Positions 41,453 to 51,032 of a DNA stretch of 64,000 nucleotides are shown one piece after another. Origin of the DNA: Candidatus Latescibacterota bacterium (GTDB lineage: Bacteria > Latescibacterota > UBA2968 > UBA8231). The position numbers and the translations under genes are program-made. The stretch covers positions 384,001 to 448,000 of the forward strand of contig OZ242214.1 in NCBI GenBank assembly GCA_965206595.1. The letters are read 5' to 3'. Numbering within the stretch: the stretch's first letter is position 1; every line of letters begins with the position of its first letter. The notes under the pieces were generated by a model. The model made no database searches. It saw nothing but the letters and a program-made list of their open reading frames with translations, and was not told where the DNA came from.

Positions 41453-42590
41453 TTCTTTTTCAGGTTTTTCCTTACGATGGGGAGCAAGGTCTTGCCCTTC
41501 CTGTCGGGGGTCACCTCGGTGGCTACCCTGCCGGTTTCCCGGCAGCATACTACGACCCCGATACTCACGCCCTTCTGCCAGTTGCCGTCAAACTTCTTGT
41601 TGAGGTGCCTGTTTTTATCCTTTCCCCCGAAAAAGGTTTCGTCTATTTCAACGGCGCTGCTGTTGAGGCTTTCCTGTTCTCCCCACCCTTCCCGGATGCG
41701 ATGCAGCATGAACAATGCCGACGAATACGCAAGGCCGAGGTCGCGGGCAAGCTGCCTGGCGCTGATTCCCTTCGGGCGGGACAGGTGCAGGTGGATGCCG
41801 ATGGCCCATATCTGCAAGGGGATCTTGGAGTGAGACATCACCGTTTTCGTGCGAACGCTGAATCGCTTTCGGCAGTCGCCGCACCAATACGGCTGGGGTT
41901 TGCGGTTAGGGCATTCCGTTATCATGCCGTAGCAGCCCCAATGCGGGCAGTGTATGTTGACGGGAAGGCCGTCTACCGTCTTCCCCCATCTGAGTTCTTC
42001 AAACCATTTTTCCGCTGTTTCATCATCTGGAAACATTCTGAATAATTCGATTAAGGATAAACTTTTACCATTCTTCACTCCGATTACCTTCGGGCCGTGG
42101 AATACCGAACTTGAGACCAGCGGCCCTCATAAAATATTGTGATTCACGCTCCCATAGGATTCCTTTCGGTTAGTGGGATGGTGACTCTGTCGGTGTTCGC
42201 CGACAGAAGGGACTGAGGAAGCGGCAGCGGATGCTGAGGGCTTCCTCTTCGAATTACCATTATTGTACCTGGATTTTCTAAAAAAAAAATCGGCTTGCAG
42301 GAAATTTCCATAAAGCTCGTAACGGCGAGGGCGAACTTTAGTTTCTGGAAGCGGGAGAGGGGGTGTGGCAGGGGAGGCAAGGAGGTCGGCGGTGGATGCA
42401 GGAAGGCCTGATTCAAGGGGGGATGAGCATCCAGACGGTTCCTTCAGGAGCTGGAGCCGGGGTGTGGCTTTTGCGGGGTAGGTCCTGGGGGGAGGGGATT
42501 GCGGGGCTGCAAGCCCGGTGTCGCTGGAGGTCTCAGTCCGGATCGGCGTTACCTAAAAAGGATTCAGGAACTGCGGGTCGAGGTGGCGCT

Positions 42591-42752
42591 GAGGGATACG
42601 ACCTGGTGCTTCGCCGACGAGGGAATCTTCATCCCTTTGGAGAAACGTCTGCTATCAGCGCCGCTACATGAACGGCATGACCCAGCTGCGCGGCCTGAAC
42701 AACTACCCCGAGCAGGAGGCGAGTATCAGGGAATTACCATCAACTGTGTACA
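42591..42752 (+). repeat. Direct repeat type A, copy 1
   Basis: Shares CTGAACAACTACCCCGAGCAGG (22/22) and TCAGGGAATTACCATCA with 44039..44214. Confidence 0.85.
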
Positions 42753-42771
42753 TCCATAGGACTATCGAAAC

Positions 42772-43569
42772 CTACCTGAACCTACCAGCGGCTTCCCGTA
42801 ATTCAAAGATGTTATTCATCTGTTCCGCGTTTGGTCTACGTCCGATCTTACCTAAGAAATCGCTCGCAACATCGGAATCGGTGATAGGCGTATCGCCACT
42901 GGGGTCGATTGCTGAGTCGATATACTGCACTGCCTTTGCGAGCTGCTTGGTATGGGCTATAAATGCTCCGGCCCTCGGTTCAATAACAACCTTGTTCCCT
43001 ATCTGTGAGTCGAGCAACCTTATGCTGATGTAGTTCAAAACTGAATGAATTTCGTCCAAGGCGTTCCCCACTTTTTCAATGCTTGCAGAAGCCAAGGGTT
43101 CAGGATTGGGTCCTATTACTCGGGAAAGGTCAGTATGAGCGATGACTCTGTTTCTCCAGTCACGCGCAAATTCTCCAGATTCAATCGCAGTATTGACGCG
43201 ACTACTCACTTCGCAATGCAATTCTGCATCTTCGCAAAGCTCCGGCAGCTTCAAGATGGTAAGATTGTCCTTTCCCTTGCCGCTACTAACAGGGTCGGTC
43301 AACTTGCTCACGAGCAGTATTAGATTCTCCCAGAATACCCACTGAACATGCAAAAGAAATCCACCCATAATTGCTCTTAGAGGTTTGGCATCCTCAGCCC
43401 TGGTGAGTATCCGAAGCTCTCTGATTGTTATTGTTCCCCAACACCAGTTATTTACCAAGGCATGAAATATTGTCCCGAATTCTACCCCGAGCTTATCCTG
43501 GTACTCTTGCTTTACTTCAGACGAACTTCTTTGTCGCCTCTCTGTCATTTTCCATCTTCCTTTTGCCAT
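42772..43569 (-). CDS. HEPN domain protein (AbiU2-like)
   Basis: ILLVSKLTD...NLTI and RNRVIAH (Rx4-6H) motif. Confidence 0.7.
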   Translation of the reverse strand: MAKGRWKMTERRQRSSSEVKQEYQDKLGVEFGTIFHALVNNWCWGTITIRELRILTRAEDAKPLRAIMGGFLLHVQWVFWENLILLVSKLTDPVSSGKGKDNLTILKLPELCEDAELHCEVSSRVNTAIESGEFARDWRNRVIAHTDLSRVIGPNPEPLASASIEKVGNALDEIHSVLNYISIRLLDSQIGNKVVIEPRAGAFIAHTKQLAKAVQYIDSAIDPSGDTPITDSDVASDFLGKIGRRPNAEQMNNIFELREAAGRFR

Positions 43570-43791
43570 CTTCTGTTCTCATTGGGGAAGCATTCAAATC
43601 GTATCACTTCTGGTTTCCCCTGTTCCAGTTGCACTTCCTGTTTCATTTTCATGGCTTGTAGGGGGCGTATTTCTTCGCCGCGGTATTGCAGCCGACGAAC
43701 AGAACCCCTGCGATGAGAAGATTCACTGCCTCTCTGTCATTCCTTCACCGGAACATCGACATCGACTTCGATCTTGGCGCGCGCCTTGACC

Positions 43792-43986
43792 TCATAGGGT
43801 GGACGCTCCAACGACTTCTTTCTCAAGGGTCACCGTCGTGGCCGTAGAATCCCCAATCGTAGTCACCGGCGATCCGGGCTCCTCGTCCCAAGGATCTTTG
43901 TCGTCGGGCGGATTGATCAGGTCCCAACCCGACAGAAGGATGGCCGTGGCGAAGATGGTGGCCTGGAGCAGCGTGAAGACAGTCAT
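43792..43986 (-). pseudogene. Small degenerate secreted/lipoprotein-like ORF
   Basis: Hydrophobic N-terminus ending LLSGW (lipobox with C replaced by W); RBS gaggaaagag. Confidence 0.4.
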
Positions 43987-44038
43987 AATACTCTTTCCTC
44001 AAGGGTTTCAAGCGAAACTTCCAGCACAATCGCCACTG

Positions 44039-44214
44039 GAAGGATTCGATCTGGCGGTGCTGTTCTCAACGGCAAGGCGAGGATATCGGCATCCCCTTGA
44101 GCGGAACGGACCTCAATCAGAGGTCGCCAACAGGAACGGCATGAATCACGCTGCGCGAACTGAACAACTACCCCGAGCAGGGGGTGAGTGTCAGGGAATT
44201 ACCATCACTGTACA
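44039..44214 (+). repeat. Direct repeat type A, copy 2
   Basis: Homologous to 42591..42752; ends ~10 bp from the stop codon of the convergent gene. Confidence 0.85.
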
Positions 44215-44223
44215 CTCTTGCAT

Positions 44224-44991
44224 TCAGTCCTCCTTCATTTTTCTCAGGTCAACAATTTGATCTACAGTCAATTCCTTTTCTATGGAATTGCAGATCTCAA
44301 CCATGCGAGATTGAAATGGCGAAAGAGGGCCTTTCTTATCCTCTCTCCACCTCAAGTGAAGAAGATATCCCAAGCAATCTGGCAATACACCACCAGGTAA
44401 ATTCTTGGCATAGAAAGATACGTCCCCAATTTTGCTATGATCAATTGACATATCCCCAGGAGATAAAAATTCGCTCATCCATTGATTGCTCACCGTGTTT
44501 CTCTGGAAAATAAAATATTGTAGGGGGGAATCGTCTCTTTCCATGAAGTAATGGAATAGATGATCAGATCTGGCAGAAGCCTTTAGTCCCATAAAGCACA
44601 TGGGAATCAACCATTCTTTTTCAAAGTTGATGTAGCTCTGTTTGCGACAATTATGGAATAACTCCTCCGCCCTTTCGTTTCTCCGATATCCAATTCGGAC
44701 AATAGGTATCTTCATTTCATTAATTATTGACGCCAGCCCTTCCATGAATTTAAACTTCGTTTTATCAGGCTCGTCAGGGAATAACTCGCATGCGTGTACT
44801 TCGGGAAGGCTGGGAATATGGTTACGAGGCGATGGGAATAAATCTCTGAGAAGAGAAAAGTATTTTTTCCTGAAAGGCACAATCTGAGTTGCCATGAGAT
44901 ATACGCCAGTCAGTGCAGTTACTTGGTTTTTCCTGGATTCGGTATGATCCGCATACTTTTCGTCAAGATAAACATGAACAGATTCAACCAT
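44224..44991 (-). CDS. DUF3800-like protein
   Basis: VYLDE N-terminal motif, EVHACEL, late LPDCLGY motif; ggagg RBS. Confidence 0.6.
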   Translation of the reverse strand: MVESVHVYLDEKYADHTESRKNQVTALTGVYLMATQIVPFRKKYFSLLRDLFPSPRNHIPSLPEVHACELFPDEPDKTKFKFMEGLASIINEMKIPIVRIGYRRNERAEELFHNCRKQSYINFEKEWLIPMCFMGLKASARSDHLFHYFMERDDSPLQYFIFQRNTVSNQWMSEFLSPGDMSIDHSKIGDVSFYAKNLPGGVLPDCLGYLLHLRWREDKKGPLSPFQSRMVEICNSIEKELTVDQIVDLRKMKED

Positions 44992-45068
44992 CTAGAGTAA
45001 CCTCCAGGAGAAAAAATGGAACCTTACAGAGATTATCATCACTGTACAGATCATCCTTCTCCGGTTAT

Positions 45069-45962
45069 CTATCTGTAGTTCGGAATCTCCAACCTTCCCT
45101 CTTGCACCTTCACGAGATACTGGAAGAAGTTTTCTCGATCATACCCCCTCATAAACTTGCAAATCTTGCGTAGCTCACCAGGAATCTGGTCACGAGAAAT
45201 TCCAGGATGAGGTGAGTTACCAGGATGTAGAAATCGTATGGCATACTCGACATTCTCGGTTATCAGGCGACTGATTCCAGAGTATATGCTCTGAAAACGA
45301 TCTTTTCTTCCCCCTTGGCCTTCCATAAGAGTGTTGGCCATTTCAAACATCTCTTCGTGCAGGGCACGACAGAGCCTTCTGGTGACATTCGGATACTCTA
45401 CCTCATCCTTCAACCTAATGAACTCATCTTCCAGGATGTATCTGATTCCTCTCGCTACTTCCAGCATCGCGCCAATGCTCACCTTCGGTTGTCTTGCACT
45501 GTCCTCGGGAAAGCCCTCAAGGAGGAAATACCTCCAAGTAGTATATCCATCCTGTCTTCCTCCATCTCCCCGAGCACCCACGTCAAGTTGATCGAGAAAA
45601 GGTTTCAACGTACGAAGAGGAATGTAGCTGTGCAGTTCAACGTACCCCTCGTACGTTCGATCCAGAGTTTCCTTGTGTTTTTCGCTCAGCTTTTCATACA
45701 GCCTGCTCAACCGATGTCCCCAACCGGATTTACCTGTATGGAACTGGATGAGTAGCTTCAGTCCCTGCTCTATGGCGGAATATGCCGACGGGACCCACAC
45801 CCACCCCTGAATCCCTTCATAGTCAGGTGCCATGTCAGGGGCTACCCCACCAGACTTATTGTACATTTTTGAGAGCGCGCTGATGGCCTCGGCAGTTCTC
45901 ATGTACGCAGGTCTCAAATGGTTGTCACTCGGCATTGCCGTTGCCTTCTCCCCTTCAGTCAT
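45069..45962 (-). CDS. Hypothetical protein with a HEPN-like helical motif
   Basis: AYSAIEQGLKLL...GHRLSRLY resembles the HEPN ExxLK...H.L..L pattern; start uncertain. Confidence 0.5.
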   Translation of the reverse strand: MTEGEKATAMPSDNHLRPAYMRTAEAISALSKMYNKSGGVAPDMAPDYEGIQGWVWVPSAYSAIEQGLKLLIQFHTGKSGWGHRLSRLYEKLSEKHKETLDRTYEGYVELHSYIPLRTLKPFLDQLDVGARGDGGRQDGYTTWRYFLLEGFPEDSARQPKVSIGAMLEVARGIRYILEDEFIRLKDEVEYPNVTRRLCRALHEEMFEMANTLMEGQGGRKDRFQSIYSGISRLITENVEYAIRFLHPGNSPHPGISRDQIPGELRKICKFMRGYDRENFFQYLVKVQEGRLEIPNYR

Positions 45963-46606
45963 TGGACAGTTCTCCCAATGTCCAGTACACAGTTTCCCCA
46001 TCTTTCGGAAGCCGTAGAGCCTGTCGCGTACTGCTTGCCTGAGCAAGTAGAATCTGGAAGCAGTCCATGAGATCGTCAGGAACTCCTCGACAAAAAGCTG
46101 CGCGAGGCCGAGAACTAGAGAACGCCGAGCTGGACCGGGAAAGCGACCGGCTCAAGTGCCTGTATAATGCGACGGTAGAATACCGATCAAAAGCGCGATT
46201 TTTCCGATTATCTGGTATAACCTAATAGAAAGCATTTATCCCCTCACCTCCAGGACTGCATCCCACCGAATCACGGTTTCCAACTTCGCAAGTACCGCCG
46301 ACAAAGGCGACCCGGGAACCGGCTTTTCCTTCCGTGGTTCCCCGTTTCCCTAAATCTCATATCACGCTGAGTCCATACCGACCCTTCTTGCAGACAACAG
46401 CATAGTAGTGAGTTGACGCAGTTGCCGCTACCGATTCGCTGAATTCTGCCACGGGGTTCTTCTCCGAATCCCGATCCTGCCGGAACCCGAATACCTGTCA
46501 ACACCCTGCCCGTCAGGCTGTCTCAAGGCGAGGTCAGGGCCGGTCTGTGTCCTTCTGTCTGATGGTGGCCACCGATAATCACCTCCCTGAAAAAAGGAGA
46601 ATAAAG

Positions 46607-46813
46607 ATGACGCAAGATCAGCTGAAAAGGGCCAGAGACGCCCTTGGCATGAAGCAGTGGGAGCTGGGCATCGCCCTCGGTGTCAGTGAGGCCGAAGTGT
46701 GCCTGTGGGAGAAGGGGAAGCGAACGATGCCGGAAAGGTATCTCCGTCTCATGGGAGCGATCATCCATCACCAGGAAAATGGCTTACGCCTGTCCTACAA
46801 AGCTGGGTCGTAA
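46607..46813 (+). CDS. XRE-family HTH protein
   Basis: LKRARDALGMKQWELGIALGVSEAEVCLWEKG; RBS aaggag; mostly synonymous differences from the second copy. Confidence 0.85.
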   Translation: MTQDQLKRARDALGMKQWELGIALGVSEAEVCLWEKGKRTMPERYLRLMGAIIHHQENGLRLSYKAGS

Positions 46814-46816
46814 AAG

Positions 46817-46969
46817 ATGGTTTTCAAGCCGGTCTGCTGTAAATGCGGCCAGGAAATCAGGCCCTATCACCTGTTCTATATGCCCACCCCCGGCGAGTAC
46901 CTATGCATCCCGTGCAGCGAGAAGGAAGACCCCGAAGAGGAAAAGAAAACTGCCGACGATGACGGATAG
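46817..46969 (+). CDS. 50-aa C4 zinc-finger protein with acidic tail
   Basis: CCKC...CIPC; frame and length conserved in copy 2; below the ORF-track size cut-off. Confidence 0.65.
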   Translation: MVFKPVCCKCGQEIRPYHLFYMPTPGEYLCIPCSEKEDPEEEKKTADDDG

Positions 46970-47202
46970 TTTGTGGGCAGGGGAAATCGAGTAGGTTGGA
47001 ACGGCAATTTGTCCGTCTGTTGAACTATGCCCCCCGAGCGTAGTCCCTTGAGCCGGAAAGAGAGCTCCTGCATTTTGCCGATTCGCAAAGACCCGCCTTT
47101 CGGTTCCCTCTGCCAATTTTCTCCCCCACCTCTCCGGGACAGGCGATTTCCATTCATATACTATCAGGATTGCTCTTAGAAGATTGTTCATCGATTGCCT
47201 CT

Positions 47203-49539
47203 CTATCGGAGTAATAGAAGGCGTTGTGATTGCTTCCCTCCAGAGTAGGTTAGTCGGACAAAGTAAACTCCTGATGCCTGATCCCTGGCATCCCAGGAAG
47301 TTATATAAGAACCAGCTGGGTGCGCCCGACTAACCAAGGTGTTCACCTGTTGCCCCAGAATATTAAACACGCCGAGGGATACCATACCGGGCTCTGACAA
47401 GCGGTATGGTATCTGTATCTGATTGTTGAATGGATTTGGGTATGGTTGCAGCAGCACTGACTTTATTGGATACTGCCCCGTAGTCTCGATGGCAGTTGGA
47501 ATCTTTTCTATCTGACGACTCCATATCTGACCCTGGTGGCCCACAACTATCAGTCGATTTCCAGCCCGATCCATTCGAGTAAGATAAGGGCCAAGTCCCT
47601 CACTGAAAACCGCCTCTTCTACCCAGTTTCTTCCTCCATCAGTTGTATGCAATATACGATCACCGGCAACCCATCCAGTTTTTTCATCCAAAAAAAACAC
47701 ACTGTTAAGCACATAATTTCGAGCAAAATCCCTATTGTATCCCCAGAGGCCCCTATATCCATCTTCTGTGGAAGTATATTGTACAGAAAGGTGCTCCCGT
47801 TCAATCCTATAAATTATTTCTCCGCTACCTCCGGCCCATGCTGATCCGGTCTCAAACCCAAAAACACCACCGAGAATACCACCGGCACTCCAAGCCGATC
47901 CAGTTATTCGATTCCAGGATTCCCCTCGGTCTCTGGTTTGAAAAATCATAGCCCCATCGTCCCAATCGGTTGATCCCGTTTGTTCAGTAAACCCCCCTAC
48001 AATCCATCCCCAATTGCCAGAAAAATAAAAATCTCTGAAATGTACCCATCCACAGCAGTTCAACCGCTCACAGATTCTCTCTCGACATTCCCCATCGGTT
48101 CCTTTGTAGTCTTCAGGAAGTTCCAGTTCCACCTCTTCCCAGGAAAGCCCTCCATTAATGGTGTGAAAAAGATGCTTGTTTGCTATTATCCAGCCTTCAG
48201 ATTGGCTATGAAAATAAACCCGTCGAGGACTTCCCCCTCTGTACTTCTCTGGCAGAGGGAGGTTATCATAGATGATGCTCCAGGTAGTTCCTCCATCTTG
48301 CGTTTTAACCAGATTTTGACCTTGAACCATCAGTCCGTTATCCCTATCCCAAAACCAAACCGCAGAGCCTCCCTCCGTACTTACCTGCCTCCAGGTATTC
48401 CCGCCATCTTCGGTTTTTAAAACTCCTTCATAGCCCACAGCCCACCCGGTTTGGCCGTCAACAAGCCTCAAATCAAAAAGGTCCCAGGATACAGTACTGC
48501 GGTGAATCTGCCAATCTTCGGGGACTGCAATCGATAGATTTTCATCGGGTTGGACAAACTCTGTAGTAGTAATTTGAGACGACAAATCCCACAGATAGAT
48601 ATTTCCACCCTCATAGGCTCCTCCATTAGCCATAATGGTTCCGTCTGGAGAAAATGCCACAATATCAAGTTCCCCAGACTTCTCAAACTTCATGCTGCCA
48701 AGCATTGTTCCGGATACTACATCCCACAACTGTAGTTCTCTGTAGCCTACCTTTACAGCTGCAATAGATCCGTTGGGAGAAAGGACAGATTGGCCATAAT
48801 CATAATGCCCGAACAAGTGGCCGATTATCTGCCCGCTGGGAAACTCTCGGATGCGGACAATTCCTCTTGTGTTAATGGTAACAATTGTTGAGCCGTCGGG
48901 GTTTATGACATACGAAGTAATCTCATCTGCCCCATCTTCCCCCTTAAACGAAGATATCTTTTCTCCGGTTTCTGCACTTGTTACATAAATTCCTCCTCCA
49001 TAACTTTGTTTGATTAACACTTTTCCGGTTGGATCAAAAGTAATACGTCCTGAATAATGAACACCACCCCAATCCTCCGAAGGAAATACTTCTTCAAGTT
49101 CCGTCATATCCCATACTCGTAGCGGTGCAGAATACCCAACACTTGCCAATACAGATCCATCAGGGGAAAACGCCAAGTCTCTTATACTACCGTCATCCTT
49201 GCTTAGGGAGTCCAGTAGGTCTCCGCTCTCCACATCCCAAAGATGAATGCGAGCTCCTTTATGTTCTCTCCACGGTTTTTCACTCCCGCTGGCCAGAGTG
49301 GCTCCATCAGGAGAAAACTCCAATGTGTTTACAAAAGGTTGAGATATGACAACCATCTCTGTGGAACTGGCTATATCCCATATCCGTATTCCATCCCGGT
49401 GGCTGCTGGCCATCAGTCGAGAGTCCTGTGAGATAACAAGGTCAGAAACGTCAGCCGGTGTCTCCAATTGAAAAACATCTTGACCCTGAACACTTACCAC
49501 CGAAAAACTCAGGGATAGAACTAACCCAAGCTTATTCAT
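47203..49539 (-). CDS. Secreted WD40 + YCF48/BNR-repeat protein with T9SS-like tail
   Basis: Signal peptide, FSPDG repeats, TxDGGxxW repeats, YPNPFN...ASGVYF. Confidence 0.85.
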   Translation of the reverse strand: MNKLGLVLSLSFSVVSVQGQDVFQLETPADVSDLVISQDSRLMASSHRDGIRIWDIASSTEMVVISQPFVNTLEFSPDGATLASGSEKPWREHKGARIHLWDVESGDLLDSLSKDDGSIRDLAFSPDGSVLASVGYSAPLRVWDMTELEEVFPSEDWGGVHYSGRITFDPTGKVLIKQSYGGGIYVTSAETGEKISSFKGEDGADEITSYVINPDGSTIVTINTRGIVRIREFPSGQIIGHLFGHYDYGQSVLSPNGSIAAVKVGYRELQLWDVVSGTMLGSMKFEKSGELDIVAFSPDGTIMANGGAYEGGNIYLWDLSSQITTTEFVQPDENLSIAVPEDWQIHRSTVSWDLFDLRLVDGQTGWAVGYEGVLKTEDGGNTWRQVSTEGGSAVWFWDRDNGLMVQGQNLVKTQDGGTTWSIIYDNLPLPEKYRGGSPRRVYFHSQSEGWIIANKHLFHTINGGLSWEEVELELPEDYKGTDGECRERICERLNCCGWVHFRDFYFSGNWGWIVGGFTEQTGSTDWDDGAMIFQTRDRGESWNRITGSAWSAGGILGGVFGFETGSAWAGGSGEIIYRIEREHLSVQYTSTEDGYRGLWGYNRDFARNYVLNSVFFLDEKTGWVAGDRILHTTDGGRNWVEEAVFSEGLGPYLTRMDRAGNRLIVVGHQGQIWSRQIEKIPTAIETTGQYPIKSVLLQPYPNPFNNQIQIPYRLSEPGMVSLGVFNILGQQVNTLVSRAHPAGSYITSWDARDQASGVYFVRLTYSGGKQSQRLLLLR

Positions 49540-49553
49540 TTTGAAAACTCCTG

Positions 49554-49730
49554 CTATGAGTCTGTGAGAACCTCTCGACCGATGACCATAAGTCCAGGAT
49601 TCAAAATGGATATTTCATTGATAAGCCAACCCTGAAGACGGCTTTCCAGATCCAACGGCACCGATTGCACTTGTAGCAAATGGGTTTCTACCGGGGAGTC
49701 TACTTTCCAAAGCTGTATTTCATCCGGCAT
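49554..49730 (-). pseudogene. N-terminal remnant of a NucS/DUF91-like endonuclease
   Basis: MPDEIQLWKV...LDLESRLQGWL...ILNPGLMVIGREVLT* stops just before the expected IDLL..ELK catalytic motifs. Confidence 0.55.
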
Positions 49731-50294
49731 TCAATTCGCACTCTTCAGTTAGAGAATCCCTGACTCTTCGTCGGCCAAAGCCTGTAGCCGCCTTCCCTGA
49801 CCTGGAAGGCCGTTTTCCTCGTTCTCCCTTGTGGTTGCGTTTTATCAGATCCGCGATTTTACGAAAAATCTGGTATAATATAATAGAGCAAGAATTTATT
49901 CCCCTCCCTGCAAGACCTGCAACTGCGCGTCTTCCGCGATCCGAAGGACTTCATCCGAACCACGGTCTCTAACTCCGCCAGCACCGCCGACAAAGGCGAC
50001 CCGGGAACCGGCCTTTTCCTTCCGTGGTTCCCCGTTTCCCTAAATCTCATATCACGCTGAGTCCATACGACCCTTCTTGCAGACAACAGCATAGTAGTGA
50101 GTTGACGCAGTTGCCGCTACCGATTCGCTGAATTCTGCCACGGGGTTCTTCTCGGAATCCCGATCCTGCCGAAACCCGAATACCTGTCAACACCCGGTCC
50201 CGTCAGGCTGTCTCGGGGCCGGTGCAGGGCAGTTCTGTGTCCTTCTGTCTGTCGGTAGTCACCGACAATCACCCCTGAAAAATGGAGAATGAAA

Positions 50295-50501
50295 ATGACG
50301 CAAGATCAGCTGAAAAGGGCGAGAGACGCCCTTGGCATGAAGCAGTGGGAGCTGGGCATCGCCCTTGGAGTCAGTGAAGCCGAAGTGTGCCTGTGGGAGA
50401 AGGGGAAGCGAACGATGCCGGAAAGGTATCTCCGTCTCATGGGAGCGGTCATCCACCACCAGGAAAATGGCTTACGCCTGTCCTACAAATCTGGGTCGTA
50501 A
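50295..50501 (+). CDS. XRE-family HTH protein (copy 2)
   Basis: 66/68 aa identical to 46607..46813. Confidence 0.85.
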   Translation: MTQDQLKRARDALGMKQWELGIALGVSEAEVCLWEKGKRTMPERYLRLMGAVIHHQENGLRLSYKSGS

Positions 50502-50503
50502 AG

Positions 50504-50656
50504 ATGGTTTTCAAGCCGGTCTGCTGTGTATGCGGCCAGGAAATCAGGCCATATCACCTGTTCTATATGCCCACCCCCGGCAGGCACCTATGCATCCCCT
50601 GCAGCGAGAAGGAAGATCCCGAAGAAGAAAAGAGAACTGCCGACGATGGCGGATAG
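50504..50656 (+). CDS. 50-aa C4 zinc-finger protein (copy 2)
   Basis: CCVC...CIPC; all cysteines conserved. Confidence 0.65.
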   Translation: MVFKPVCCVCGQEIRPYHLFYMPTPGRHLCIPCSEKEDPEEEKRTADDGG

Positions 50657-51032
50657 TTTGTGGGCAGGGGAAATCGAGTAGGTTGGGAGGCAATGGGCTG
50701 AAGCCTCTTTTCCGTCTGTTGAACTATGCCCCACGAGCGTAGTCCCTTTGAGCCGGAAAGAGAACTCCCGCATTTTGCCGATTCGTCAAGACCCGCCTTT
50801 CGGTTCCCTCTGCCACTAATCCACTCACCTCGCCGGGATAGGCGATTTCCCATATCCCTCACAGACCTAACCAACGGCTGAAGGCCATCGGCATCACCAA
50901 GAGCACGGCCCCATCGAAGGAGGCGGATCTAAGAGCAATACGAAATGTCCCAAATTGGTTGTCACGAGCTCCGTGAACGAAAGAAAATAATATACCTAAC
51001 TTGGTGATAACTCGCTTCCTTTTGGCACTGTT

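Larger units (their letters stand above)
39534..42078 (-). pseudogene. IS1595-family (ISXO2-like) transposase interrupted by ISL3
   Basis: CP.W..C..CRKRFSV, VEIDETFFGG; rejoining across the ISL3 gives RKNLKKNGILYSDE..VNHKKGEYV..YLNEFAGRYN; further frameshift near 39880. Confidence 0.88.
46191..47153 (+). repeat. ~1 kb module type B, copy 1
   Basis: Aligns end to end with 49849..50853. Confidence 0.95.
49849..50853 (+). repeat. ~1 kb module type B, copy 2
   Basis: Aligns with 46191..47153; starts with an extended -10 TGGTATAAT. Confidence 0.95.

Noticed and set aside
42591-44214. Type A repeats as CRISPR repeats or attC sites
   Set aside because: Only two copies 1.4 kb apart, no regular spacers, no cas genes, and no RYYYAAC...GTTRRRY palindrome
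49868-49896. TCTGGTATAA motif as a dif/pdif site
   Set aside because: It loosely resembles an XerC arm but has no XerD arm (TTATGTTAAAT); better read as an extended -10 promoter
46191-50853. Type B repeats as a DGR template/variable pair or a retron
   Set aside because: Differences are not adenine-specific and there is no reverse transcriptase in the window
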